64,000 nt of DNA from Bdellovibrionota bacterium (GTDB taxonomy: Bacteria > Bdellovibrionota > UBA1018 > UBA923). A model generated the notes under the pieces. That model ran no database searches. It was not told the DNA's origin and was given only the letters and a program-made list of their open reading frames with translations. The DNA lies in assembly GCA_040754655.1 (NCBI GenBank), contig JBFMCE010000001.1:9997-73996 (forward strand), written 5' to 3'. The position numbers and the translations under genes are program-made. This document shows positions 47,863 to 56,247 of this stretch, in pieces. Position 1 is the first letter of the stretch, and the number at the start of each line of letters is the position of its first letter.

Positions 47863-48048
47863 TTTTCGAGGCTCCTTTTTAGAAGGTCTTGGTGGTGCGC
47901 TAACAAATGCTTCGCCCTGGGTCAAGTCGTCCATTTGTTTCATTGAACTGTCTTATCGGCCACTTCTTCGCTTAGCGTCGCGACGGTTTCCATCCTGAAA
48001 TGACCTCTAAATTCTTTCCTTATGACCAAAGTTCGGTATCCTAAAGGC

Positions 48049-48495
48049 ATGCAACAGCCAAATCTCATCTTCAATTGGCCCGCTATCGGGGTAGCCATAG
48101 TCACTGCATTCATATTTGGGGGCCTTTGGTACGGCCCCATTCTTGGAAAGAAATGGGCCAAGCTCATGGGCATGTCCATGGAGGATTGCAAACCTGATCC
48201 CAAGGGAATGCGCAAGATGCTCGCGATTCAACTCTTCGGTACATTTCTCACGACGTATGTGCTTGCGCATAGTGTCCAGGTTTGGCGGCCCTCAGTTTGG
48301 GGGGTAGGCGCGGATGGATCGGATGCGATGTACGGTTTTTTCTGCGGCCTTTTCACGTGGCTTGGATTCTACATCCCGCTTCAGCTTGGTAAGGTCGCTT
48401 GGGAGCAACGTCCTTGGACACTCTTCTTGATCAATACAGGCCATGATTTCATCAATTTGCAGATTCTTTCACAGATCTTGGCGCACTGGCGCTAG
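48049..48495 (+). CDS. DUF1761-like membrane protein
   Basis: Four TM helices. AAAGG RBS before the ATG at 48049. Confidence 0.4.
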   Translation: MQQPNLIFNWPAIGVAIVTAFIFGGLWYGPILGKKWAKLMGMSMEDCKPDPKGMRKMLAIQLFGTFLTTYVLAHSVQVWRPSVWGVGADGSDAMYGFFCGLFTWLGFYIPLQLGKVAWEQRPWTLFLINTGHDFINLQILSQILAHWR

Positions 48496-48628
48496 GTTTG
48501 ATCTTCGTTCATTAAAAGCCTTGAATTATGGTTTTAGCGGATAAAAAAAATTCTTTGCAACGGTACGCCGCTCCCTGCGAGGCGAGCACGGCGCTCTCAC
48601 CGAAGGCCCGATTTCTGACGCAGTCATC

Positions 48629-49912
48629 TTGCTAGCAATTCCGATGATCTTGGAACTGAGTCTCGAAGGGGTTTTTGCCGTAGTCGACATGTTCTTCGTA
48701 AGCAGGCTTGGTCCCAATGCTATTGCTACCGTCGGATTGACCGAGTCGGTCGCGACGCTCATCTATTCGATCGCCATCGGCTTGAGCACCGGCGCAACAG
48801 CGATCGTCGCTAGGCGCATCGGAGAGAAAGATCCAGAGGCGGCTGCTCACGCAGGTGCTCAATCGCTTATTTTATCTTTCGTAGTCTCGGTCATTCTTGG
48901 AGTTCTAGGTGTTGTCTTTGCGGCGGATATCTTGCGCGCCATGGGTGCGGCGCCTGATGTGGTGCAAGAGGGAGCGGTGTTTGCTCGGGTGATGCTCGGC
49001 GCGAGTCCCGCCATTGTCCTCCTCTTTTTGATCAATGGAGTGTTTCGAGGCGCTGGCGACGCGGCGATGGCCATGCGAAGCCTTTGGCTTGCCAGCGGCG
49101 TCAATATTGTGCTGTGCCCCGTGTTCATCCATCTCTTTGGCTTGAAGGGCGCTGCCATGGCGACAGTGGTAGGCCGAAGCTCTGGTGTGGCTTATCAGTG
49201 CTATCACTTGTTTAAAGGCGGAAGTTTTCTGAGGGTTCGCGCGAGGCACTTCCGATTCGATTTCCCGATCATCAAGTCGATCGTGAAGATCGCATGGCCA
49301 GCGTCGGTGCAGTTTATTATTGGCAGCGGCAGTTGGATCATCCTCACGCGACTTGTCGCTGAAACCGGAGGTACTGCCGCTTCAGCGGGGTATCAAATCG
49401 CTTTTCGCAATTTCATCTTCTTCATCCTGCCTGCTTGGGGGTTGAGCAATGCCGCGGCGACGCTGGTTGGGCAAAACCTTGGCGCCAAACGGTTTGACAG
49501 GGCCGAGCAAAGCGTTGCGACAACAGCGAAATACAGCGCTGTGATGATGGGTTTTGTCACGCTGATCTTCGTGTTTTTCGCGCCGGTTTTGGTGCAGATC
49601 TTCACCGAAGACGAGATGGTCGCTCAGTACGCGTTGCAGGCCACGCGCATGATTGGCATTGGTTTCATTTTTTATGGTGTCGGCATGGTCATGACACAAG
49701 CCTTGAATGGCGCCGGTGATACGCGTACCCCGACTCGGATCAACTTCATTTGTTTTTGGGTGTTTCAGACCCCATTTGCCTATTTCTTGGCCAAAAGTAC
49801 GCCCTTGGGCGCTAAAGGCGCGATTGTAGCAATTCCCGCGGCCCATGCTTTGCTTGCTTCGGTCGCCTGGTACGTCTTCAAACAAGGACGATGGAAAACG
49901 GTGAAAGTATGA
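48629..49912 (+). CDS. MATE family efflux transporter; the true N-terminus probably lies upstream
   Basis: 12-TM MATE architecture. The in-frame upstream codons encode the conserved LTEGPI motif, but there is no canonical start codon (see findings). Confidence 0.75.
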   Translation: MLAIPMILELSLEGVFAVVDMFFVSRLGPNAIATVGLTESVATLIYSIAIGLSTGATAIVARRIGEKDPEAAAHAGAQSLILSFVVSVILGVLGVVFAADILRAMGAAPDVVQEGAVFARVMLGASPAIVLLFLINGVFRGAGDAAMAMRSLWLASGVNIVLCPVFIHLFGLKGAAMATVVGRSSGVAYQCYHLFKGGSFLRVRARHFRFDFPIIKSIVKIAWPASVQFIIGSGSWIILTRLVAETGGTAASAGYQIAFRNFIFFILPAWGLSNAAATLVGQNLGAKRFDRAEQSVATTAKYSAVMMGFVTLIFVFFAPVLVQIFTEDEMVAQYALQATRMIGIGFIFYGVGMVMTQALNGAGDTRTPTRINFICFWVFQTPFAYFLAKSTPLGAKGAIVAIPAAHALLASVAWYVFKQGRWKTVKV

Positions 49913-49995
49913 AGGCTTTCGGGAACGGGCTGTTTCGTCATGCTGGCTAAGATGGCTAAGGCTTCTGCCAGGACGCAGAGAAAGGTTGAGTTTTA

Positions 49996-50697
49996 GTGGC
50001 ATTCGACGAGAAACTCGCAGATCGAATTCGGAGCCTCTTGGCAAAAGGGCATTCTAAAGAGTTCTCCGAAAAGAAAATGTTTGGTGGCCTCGCATTCATG
50101 CTGGGCGACAAGATGTGCGTCGGAGTTCTCGGTGACCAACTTGTCGCGCGCATCGGACCGGAACAAGCCGTTGGCGCACTGAAGCGGCCCAACGTGCGTC
50201 CTATGGATTTTACAGGCCGACCGCTGAAGGGATATGTTTACGTCGGGCCTAAAGCCATTCGGACCAGCTTGACGCTCAAGCAATGGATCGATCGATCTAT
50301 TTCATTCGTGTCGACTCTTGAAAGTAAAAACCGCGGGAGCTTGCGGCGAAAGACTGTTTCTCAGGCCGAGTCCAAAGAAATAGCGCGAAGCACGCCGCTC
50401 TCTAAGATCATCAACTTCGGTCCCGCGACCCTTTCCGAGTTTCGCGCCATGGGCTTAACTACTTTTGGGCAACTAGAGGATCTCGGTTGGGAAGCCGTAT
50501 GCCGAAAGTGGGTTGAGAACTTTCCAGAGAGATTAAACGTCAACGCATTCGTTGGGGTCATCGCGACCTTTGAGGGAATCTCTTGGACTAAGATCTCGCA
50601 GTCGGATCGAAGCAAGGCGCGCAGTCTAACGAACCAGTTGAGGCGTGAGTACGCTCTTCCTCCGGTACGGCCTTCCAAGAGGAAACGCAAAATCTAA
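49996..50697 (+). CDS. tfoX: TfoX/Sxy family competence regulator (TfoX_N plus TfoX_C)
   Basis: N-terminal domain FGGLAFMLGDKMCVGV and a C-terminal helix-hairpin-helix-like domain. GTG start. Confidence 0.65.
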   Translation: MAFDEKLADRIRSLLAKGHSKEFSEKKMFGGLAFMLGDKMCVGVLGDQLVARIGPEQAVGALKRPNVRPMDFTGRPLKGYVYVGPKAIRTSLTLKQWIDRSISFVSTLESKNRGSLRRKTVSQAESKEIARSTPLSKIINFGPATLSEFRAMGLTTFGQLEDLGWEAVCRKWVENFPERLNVNAFVGVIATFEGISWTKISQSDRSKARSLTNQLRREYALPPVRPSKRKRKI

Positions 50698-50794
50698 CTT
50701 CGTTTTGATGGCGGATTCGTCTCCTTTTTAACAAATTCAAGGCTTTAACCACAGGCTCAGTCAGAGCTCAGACAAGCTTTGATGTCACCCGTCG

Positions 50795-51701
50795 TCATTC
50801 TGGCCTTTGCTCGATGCGCTCTCGCGTGAATAAGTTCACGACTTGAGCTGCGACATCCGCTTCCGGAAGCACTTTCAGGACGTTTGTCGCTCCTTGAGTT
50901 TCGATCCCGGCAAGCCGGATATAGCGTTGCATCGTCTCTAGGTCTTTCCAGCCACAAATCTTCATCACGACAGCCGGTGCGATGCTGCTCCGATTGTTGA
51001 CGGAGATGACTTTGTTTTCAAAGTCGAGATCAGTCCAGAGAAGAGCGTAAAGTTCGCCACTTCTCATTCCTGTCAGTCGCGCCAGAGACCAGACGGGATA
51101 CCACTCATGATTCATTCTTCGAGCTTCTTGGAGAAGCTTTCGGATTTCACCCAGAGTCAGAATCTCCGGTTTCTTTTCTTCATCCCGGCCTAAGCTAATT
51201 CCATGAGCCGGACTTCGATCCATTCCACCAACCAATCGGTTATCAATCCCGAACACGAAGATGCGGTTGATGATGACCTTGATCTTGTTTTGGTAACTGA
51301 TCGAGGATGAATGCGCTTTGAGCTGATTGAGCACTTCAACAACATCGGCTCGGGTGATTTCGGCAGCTTGCCGCTTCCACCAGGGAGCGGTGTGTTTTTT
51401 GAGAGCACTCACATAGTCGGTGCGCGTTGTTTCGGCGAGAGCGTCATCTTTGTCTTTTGAAAAGATGCTTTTCCCACGCCTCAACGAGTGCGCCCCAACT
51501 TGAGCCTTGGTTTTCTCGTAAAGCGACTTCACGTTCACATTCCCGGATTAAACGGGTTTCTTCCCGTTTCGCTTCCCATTCAGATTTGATGGCGAACTTC
51601 GCCTTCTGAACCCGGATAGAACTGTTTTTATTGCTACGAACAGTTGCAGACGCTTTCCAAAGCGTCTCGCCCCTATTTGAAAGATACGACGTCACACTCA
51701 T
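50795..51701 (-). pseudogene. int: tyrosine recombinase/integrase, disrupted by a frameshift and an internal deletion
   Basis: An N-terminal arm-binding ORF (51444-51701) overlaps the ORF carrying the catalytic region (50795-51538) in a different frame. Box I is present (LARLTGMRSGEL) and the C-terminal GW...RY(I)RL nucleophile region is present, but the K/HxxR segment between them is missing. Confidence 0.6.
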
Positions 51702-51717
51702 GAATTGCCTCCTTTGA

Positions 51718-51873
51718 TTAAAAAGCAGGCGTTAATAAGTTTTCGACGTCGCTCCGCAGGAACCGGAGCCGGTTGCCATAGTGGTAAGCTTTGAGCCTTC
51801 CACGCCAGACCAGATTCCTGATCTGACCAACCGAAGTCCGAAGTAAAAATGCAGCCTCTTTCGAGGTCAGCAT
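51718..51873 (-). CDS. AlpA/Xis-family helix-turn-helix excisionase-like protein (51 aa, absent from the ORF track)
   Basis: Translated by hand: MLTSKEAAFLLRTSVGQIRNLVWRGRLKAYHYGNRLRFLRSDVENLLTPAF. It matches the AlpA/HTH_17 consensus (LLTxKEAAxLL.VS..TIYRLV..G.LP..K.G...R.RF...DL..WL). Its stop is followed by the AAGGAGG RBS of the int ORF. Confidence 0.65.
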   Translation of the reverse strand: MLTSKEAAFLLRTSVGQIRNLVWRGRLKAYHYGNRLRFLRSDVENLLTPAF

Positions 51874-52045
51874 TTGAGTTTGTCAAAGATCGTTGCTTCT
51901 GATGATTCTTGATCCACAGACATATTAGTTTTCTGATTCATATCACTCCCACTTTGAAAAACCACCCGCGTTTTGTCGTAGGGTGGGAGTCTTGTTTTCA
52001 GAATCTATTGCTCCGCAGATCTGTCATCTGTAGGAGCATAGAACA

Positions 52046-52390
52046 TTACAACTGCTTGATATGGTACGCGACCATGAGCCCATGGATTTCTTGAAGATGC
52101 TCTCTGATGCGTTCAAGCATTGAAGGAACCACTTCAAGAGACTGGGTTTCTATACGTTTGGACACTTCTTCGATTTGAGATCGAACTGTATGCCATTGTG
52201 CCAATAAAATTTTCTCATTTTGTTCACACATCAGATACCGACGAATCTCTCGCTTGAAGTACGCAGCTTTGAGAAGCTTTGGAATGCTGAGACGAAAAGC
52301 CTCTCGATCTTTCGTTACCCGATTCCATTCGTATTCGGAGAATTTCACGCAACAAGCGCGAAGATTAGTTGGTTTTTTTATGGATTCCAT
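52046..52390 (-). CDS. MobC-like ribbon-helix-helix mobilization protein (putative)
   Basis: Residue pattern R..V.F.E.E...L...A...G.S...Y.R.A resembles the MobC/RHH relaxosome accessory family. Located in an integrase-bearing island. Confidence 0.35.
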   Translation of the reverse strand: MESIKKPTNLRACCVKFSEYEWNRVTKDREAFRLSIPKLLKAAYFKREIRRYLMCEQNEKILLAQWHTVRSQIEEVSKRIETQSLEVVPSMLERIREHLQEIHGLMVAYHIKQL

Positions 52391-52576
52391 TTAGATGCAC
52401 CTTTCGTTTTCGAAGGGCGCATCCGCCGTTTTTTTGGTGGGATGGGCTTGGGTTTAAAAGGGGCCGCTGCTTGATCGCAGTAGGCCAAGATGGCCTCGAA
52501 GTTGCCCAATCTCTATTTCTTACGCAATATCTGGTATAAATTTTTGTTATTTATTTTAGTGAATCAATTTCTTCAA

Positions 52577-52616
52577 AATGGGTGTCGCATTTTCGGAATG
52601 GGTGTTGTCACATTTT
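52577..52616. repeat. tandem direct repeat AATGGGTGT(C/T)G(C/T)CA(C)ATTTT, two copies, in an AT-rich non-coding stretch of the island
   Basis: Read directly: aatgggtgtcgcatttt, then cgg, then aatgggtgttgtcacatttt. Confidence 0.5.
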
Positions 52617-52769
52617 TAATTACGAATTTGTTCACTCTTGAAAGTTGGTTTTAGACATAGTTTTAGGTTTTAGATCGAGGGAAGTTTAGAGCAGGCAGCA
52701 GGGGGTAGGCTATCTGGAGATATCCTTTACCCCGAAAGTCTCTGGTGGCTATCGCCCCCAGACCCCTAC

Positions 52770-53138
52770 CTAATCAATGTAAAAATCGTGTCGAATCTCT
52801 ATTACTCGATGCTTTGAATTAAACGAAATCCATCTCCGATCATAGGGCAAATTATCCGGATCTTGATCTGCGTAAACCCATAAACATCCTTCATTGTCGC
52901 AGCTTTTTCGAATAGGTTTGCCTACAATATCTTCTATGTTTTGCTCGTCCATCCCAAGTTGAGCTTTTGCAAATCCAGTCTCTGAAAATCTGTCAGCCCA
53001 AACAGTTCCAAGAAAAGGTGTAAGTAACGTGCGACAAAAAGCGTCTTTCCAATCATAGTGAAATCGAATCTTGTTGCTAACAAGAACGGTAGCAAATAGA
53101 AGGCAAAAGACCAATACAACTTGGGTTAACCGTTTCAT
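52770..53138 (-). CDS. small exported hypothetical protein (candidate immunity protein)
   Basis: Signal peptide MKRLTQVVLVFCLLFATVLVS. Lies 6 nt downstream of the preceding gene. Confidence 0.4.
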   Translation of the reverse strand: MKRLTQVVLVFCLLFATVLVSNKIRFHYDWKDAFCRTLLTPFLGTVWADRFSETGFAKAQLGMDEQNIEDIVGKPIRKSCDNEGCLWVYADQDPDNLPYDRRWISFNSKHRVIEIRHDFYID

Positions 53139-53144
53139 TTGCTG

Positions 53145-53729
53145 TTACCCTTTTACTTCGAGATTATTGAAGATTTCTCGATCTCTTCTGGTTCGAATGT
53201 ATGGTTTTCCTGTACTTGGAAACACAGGTCTTGCGTTAGCAACTTCGCCATTGCAAGTCATGCTCAAAGCAACATCCGGCTTTACCCATCCTACTTCGGT
53301 GATGTGGTATTTTGTAATTCTCTTCTTCTTATTCCTTTGAACATCATCGATTAACTTAATGGGAACAGCCCACTGCTTAGAATTTTCATAAATGACTTTT
53401 TTGCCTTTACCTGCAAACTCGGAGTCATTAGCGGGTGTTTTTTTAATAACAGAAACATTAAGGTCGTCTCCATTATCAAATATTTCCATCGTTGAGCCAC
53501 TATAGATCTTCCACCAAGACTTGTGACCTTCGACAGGCTTTCCATCCACTCTACGAAATCCATCAGCATCGACATCTGGTGGCGTTCTAGTCATAGGAGG
53601 AAGTGGAAAGGCGACCGCTTTGTCACCAGTACCAACCACAACCCAGAGCGGTTTGGAAGAATAGTTATTGATGTGCCCTTTAAAGCCTAATTTGTGCCAG
53701 AGCTTTTTTAAAGTTTGATACGCGTCCAT
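53145..53729 (-). CDS. hypothetical protein (candidate effector/toxin-like)
   Basis: 194 aa with no signal peptide and no family recognised. Tightly linked to the downstream exported gene. Confidence 0.35.
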   Translation of the reverse strand: MDAYQTLKKLWHKLGFKGHINNYSSKPLWVVVGTGDKAVAFPLPPMTRTPPDVDADGFRRVDGKPVEGHKSWWKIYSGSTMEIFDNGDDLNVSVIKKTPANDSEFAGKGKKVIYENSKQWAVPIKLIDDVQRNKKKRITKYHITEVGWVKPDVALSMTCNGEVANARPVFPSTGKPYIRTRRDREIFNNLEVKG

Positions 53730-53743
53730 TCAAATCTTCCACT

Positions 53744-54661
53744 CTACTGAAAATTAGTTTTTAGCTCAGAGACGACTGTTTGAATCAAAACATCATCTAC
53801 TGCATCTTTTTGAAACAAGATGCCAATTTGGTGTTTGCCAATCGCCCCTTTATGGTCGCTAAAAATGAGTTCTTTAATCCGCTGCTTTGACGTCGCGTTT
53901 TTAACAATTGCCCTTGGGATAACCGCGATACCCACGCCTTCCAAAGCAAGCTCTCTCGCTGCTTCAAATGTATCTAGAGTGTAGATCAAGCTAGGTTGTA
54001 TTTTATTTTCCCATAGAAGCCGATCTAAAGAGAATTTGTAACAATCCGATGACGGTACCGTTATCAAAGGCAGGTGTTTTATTTGCTCAAAGGTGTTTTG
54101 AGAAATTTGCCTTGGGATCTCTTTTCGGCTCGTTGAACAATAAAAGCCAAATGAGTCCATGTAGAGGGTTTCAAAACAGAGTGTTGGGAAATCTTCGATC
54201 TGAGCCGTAATCGCGATGTCAATCTGACCTTCAAACAGCTTCCGACGAAGTTGTTTGTATGATCCGCTGACAAGAGAGATTTGAACATAAGGATATTTCT
54301 GAGAAAACCCCCTTATGAATTTGGGCCAAAGACGTATTGCAAAACTCTCATAAGTTCCAATGGAAATAGTACCTGCCAATTTGGCATCGGAAAACCTGAT
54401 TCTCTTTTCTAAGCCATCGAGCTCATTCAAGACTTTTTGGCTAAACGCTACAAGCGATTTTCCAGCGTCCGTGACTTCAACGCCTTTCGTGCTCCTTCGA
54501 AAGAGTTTTGCTCCAAAGGCGTCCTCCAAAATTTGCACAGAGTGCGTAAGGCTGGGCTGACTGATGCGAAGTTGTTCCGCAGCTCTTCTCAAAGAACCCG
54601 CACGGGCAATGGTGTTGAAATAATACAGTTTATCTAAATGGTCTCTGAGCAGGACTTTCAT
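53744..54661 (-). CDS. LysR family transcriptional regulator
   Basis: N-terminal HTH LRRAAEQLRISQPSLTHSVQILEDAFGAKLFRR plus the LysR substrate-binding domain. Confidence 0.85.
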   Translation of the reverse strand: MKVLLRDHLDKLYYFNTIARAGSLRRAAEQLRISQPSLTHSVQILEDAFGAKLFRRSTKGVEVTDAGKSLVAFSQKVLNELDGLEKRIRFSDAKLAGTISIGTYESFAIRLWPKFIRGFSQKYPYVQISLVSGSYKQLRRKLFEGQIDIAITAQIEDFPTLCFETLYMDSFGFYCSTSRKEIPRQISQNTFEQIKHLPLITVPSSDCYKFSLDRLLWENKIQPSLIYTLDTFEAARELALEGVGIAVIPRAIVKNATSKQRIKELIFSDHKGAIGKHQIGILFQKDAVDDVLIQTVVSELKTNFQ

Positions 54662-54662
54662 G

Positions 54663-54677
54663 ATAGATATTTTCTAT
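54663..54677. promoter_or_regulatory. LysR-type T-N11-A box (ATAGA-N5-TCTAT) in the divergent intergenic region
   Basis: Inverted repeat ATAGATATTTTCTAT lies between the LysR gene and the divergent 54768 gene. Confidence 0.5.
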
Positions 54678-54767
54678 ATGGCATATAATTACTATGTATT
54701 TCCTCTATATCTTAAAGATTGATATTTCTGTCAATCGTAGAACTTCTTTAAGAAAGGAAATCATCAA

Positions 54768-55097
54768 ATGTGCAAACCATCTGCCGATCGACGAGTAACT
54801 TGTTTCATCAAATACGTCATTGATCGTGACCGAGTCGAAGAATTCGAGACCTACGCCAAAATGTGGATCCCGCTTGTAAATAAGTTTGGCGGTAAACATC
54901 ATGGCTACTTATTGCCTCATGAAGGAGCTGATAATATTGCTTATGCATCGTTTACTTTTTCCAGCTTTGCGACTTATGAGGAATATCGAGCCAGCATTCG
55001 AACCGATAGCGCTAGTCAAAAAGCCTTTGCGTTCGCTAAAGAAACTCGTTGCATTATCAGCTCTGAACGGACTTTTCTAAGGCCGGTTTTTGAATAA
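54768..55097 (+). CDS. NIPSNAP/Dabb-like small alpha/beta-barrel protein (putative)
   Basis: 109 aa with a ferredoxin-like pattern. Divergent from the LysR gene. Confidence 0.35.
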   Translation: MCKPSADRRVTCFIKYVIDRDRVEEFETYAKMWIPLVNKFGGKHHGYLLPHEGADNIAYASFTFSSFATYEEYRASIRTDSASQKAFAFAKETRCIISSERTFLRPVFE

Positions 55098-55358
55098 ATG
55101 GGGATTCTATATGAGTGGAGACGTGGCCTCAGACGAAGATGGCACTATATACAAGAAATATATTTATCCTGATGGCCACATCCTCTCTTTAACAAAAGAA
55201 GAGTTTGACGCTGTAGTCGAGGTCTTCAAAATTCTCGATAGCGCTCAAAACAAACTCTCAAAAAAGTCCATCCCACCAACTGCGCTGCGCCGTGACTAAG
55301 AAAAGGGTTAATTCAAAGCGCTCGACAAACCTTCCAAATATTGGTAATATTTACCAAT

Positions 55359-55649
55359 ATGAAGGCCGTTTTGGTAAGACACGAGAAACTCACCGTCCGT
55401 AGGCGTTATGTCATTGAAATTTCGGTACACGCGCTACCTCGTTCAGAGAAATATCTAGATGGCCTGAAATGGGGTCTTATCTGCGTTGATCGAGTAACAG
55501 GAAAACGTGTTTTAATGGATAATCATCATCCGAAAGGCCCTCATATTCATATCGACAGCGATGAGCTGCCTTACGAGTTTACTGGACTAGATCAGCTGAT
55601 TGATGATTTTCGACGGTTGATTATGGAGCATATGGGAGTTCAAATATGA
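55359..55649 (+). CDS. hypothetical small protein with a His-rich motif (DNHHPKGPHIHID)
   Basis: ORF that overlaps the next gene as ATGA. No confident family assignment. Confidence 0.4.
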   Translation: MKAVLVRHEKLTVRRRYVIEISVHALPRSEKYLDGLKWGLICVDRVTGKRVLMDNHHPKGPHIHIDSDELPYEFTGLDQLIDDFRRLIMEHMGVQI

Positions 55650-56014
55650 AGCGATTAGTGGTTTCTTGCAAGACGGCAGACCAAGTATTCGAGGATTTCA
55701 AAAAAGCTGCGCGCAAAGTGCAGCGTGGAACTTTTCGTGGTGAATCTGAATATGAGGTTAGCTTTGATAATAAAGCTGACTTCAATCGGTTTGTCAGGAG
55801 CATTCCGATTCTTTCGGCGATCATTGTTTTCAAGCCACGCTCTGTTTATGAACTCGCGAAACTTACGGGCATTGATGTTTCAAATCTCAATAAGACGATT
55901 CAATTTTTTGAAGAAATTGGGGTTGTGAAGGTAAAGACTGCCAAGGTGGCAGGGCGTACAGTAAAACAGCCGCATGTGGAATATCAAGAGGTTACGTTTC
56001 GATTAGCCGCTTAG
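55646..56014 (+). CDS. winged-HTH DNA-binding protein (MarR/ArsR-like fold)
   Basis: SVYELAKLTGIDVSNLNKTIQFFEEIGVVKV is an HTH motif. Translationally coupled to the upstream gene. Confidence 0.45.
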   Translation: MKRLVVSCKTADQVFEDFKKAARKVQRGTFRGESEYEVSFDNKADFNRFVRSIPILSAIIVFKPRSVYELAKLTGIDVSNLNKTIQFFEEIGVVKVKTAKVAGRTVKQPHVEYQEVTFRLAA

Positions 56015-56039
56015 TTTCTGGTTCGAACATTTTCAAAGA

Positions 56040-56129
<90 letters not shown>

Positions 56130-56247
56130 TTAACACATGGTTGAATGATTTGAAGAGCTTGAAGATTTACCTTCCCATCAAATGAGAAGCAAGGCTTCTT
56201 TTAGATAAAAAGAGTCAAAGTCAGTGGAAAATGAAACAGCGCCGAGG

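Noticed and set aside
51698-51886. 62-aa minus-strand ORF in the track (MTNSNADLERGC...)
   Set aside because: A different frame over the same bases encodes a convincing AlpA/Xis HTH protein. The listed frame has no recognisable features.
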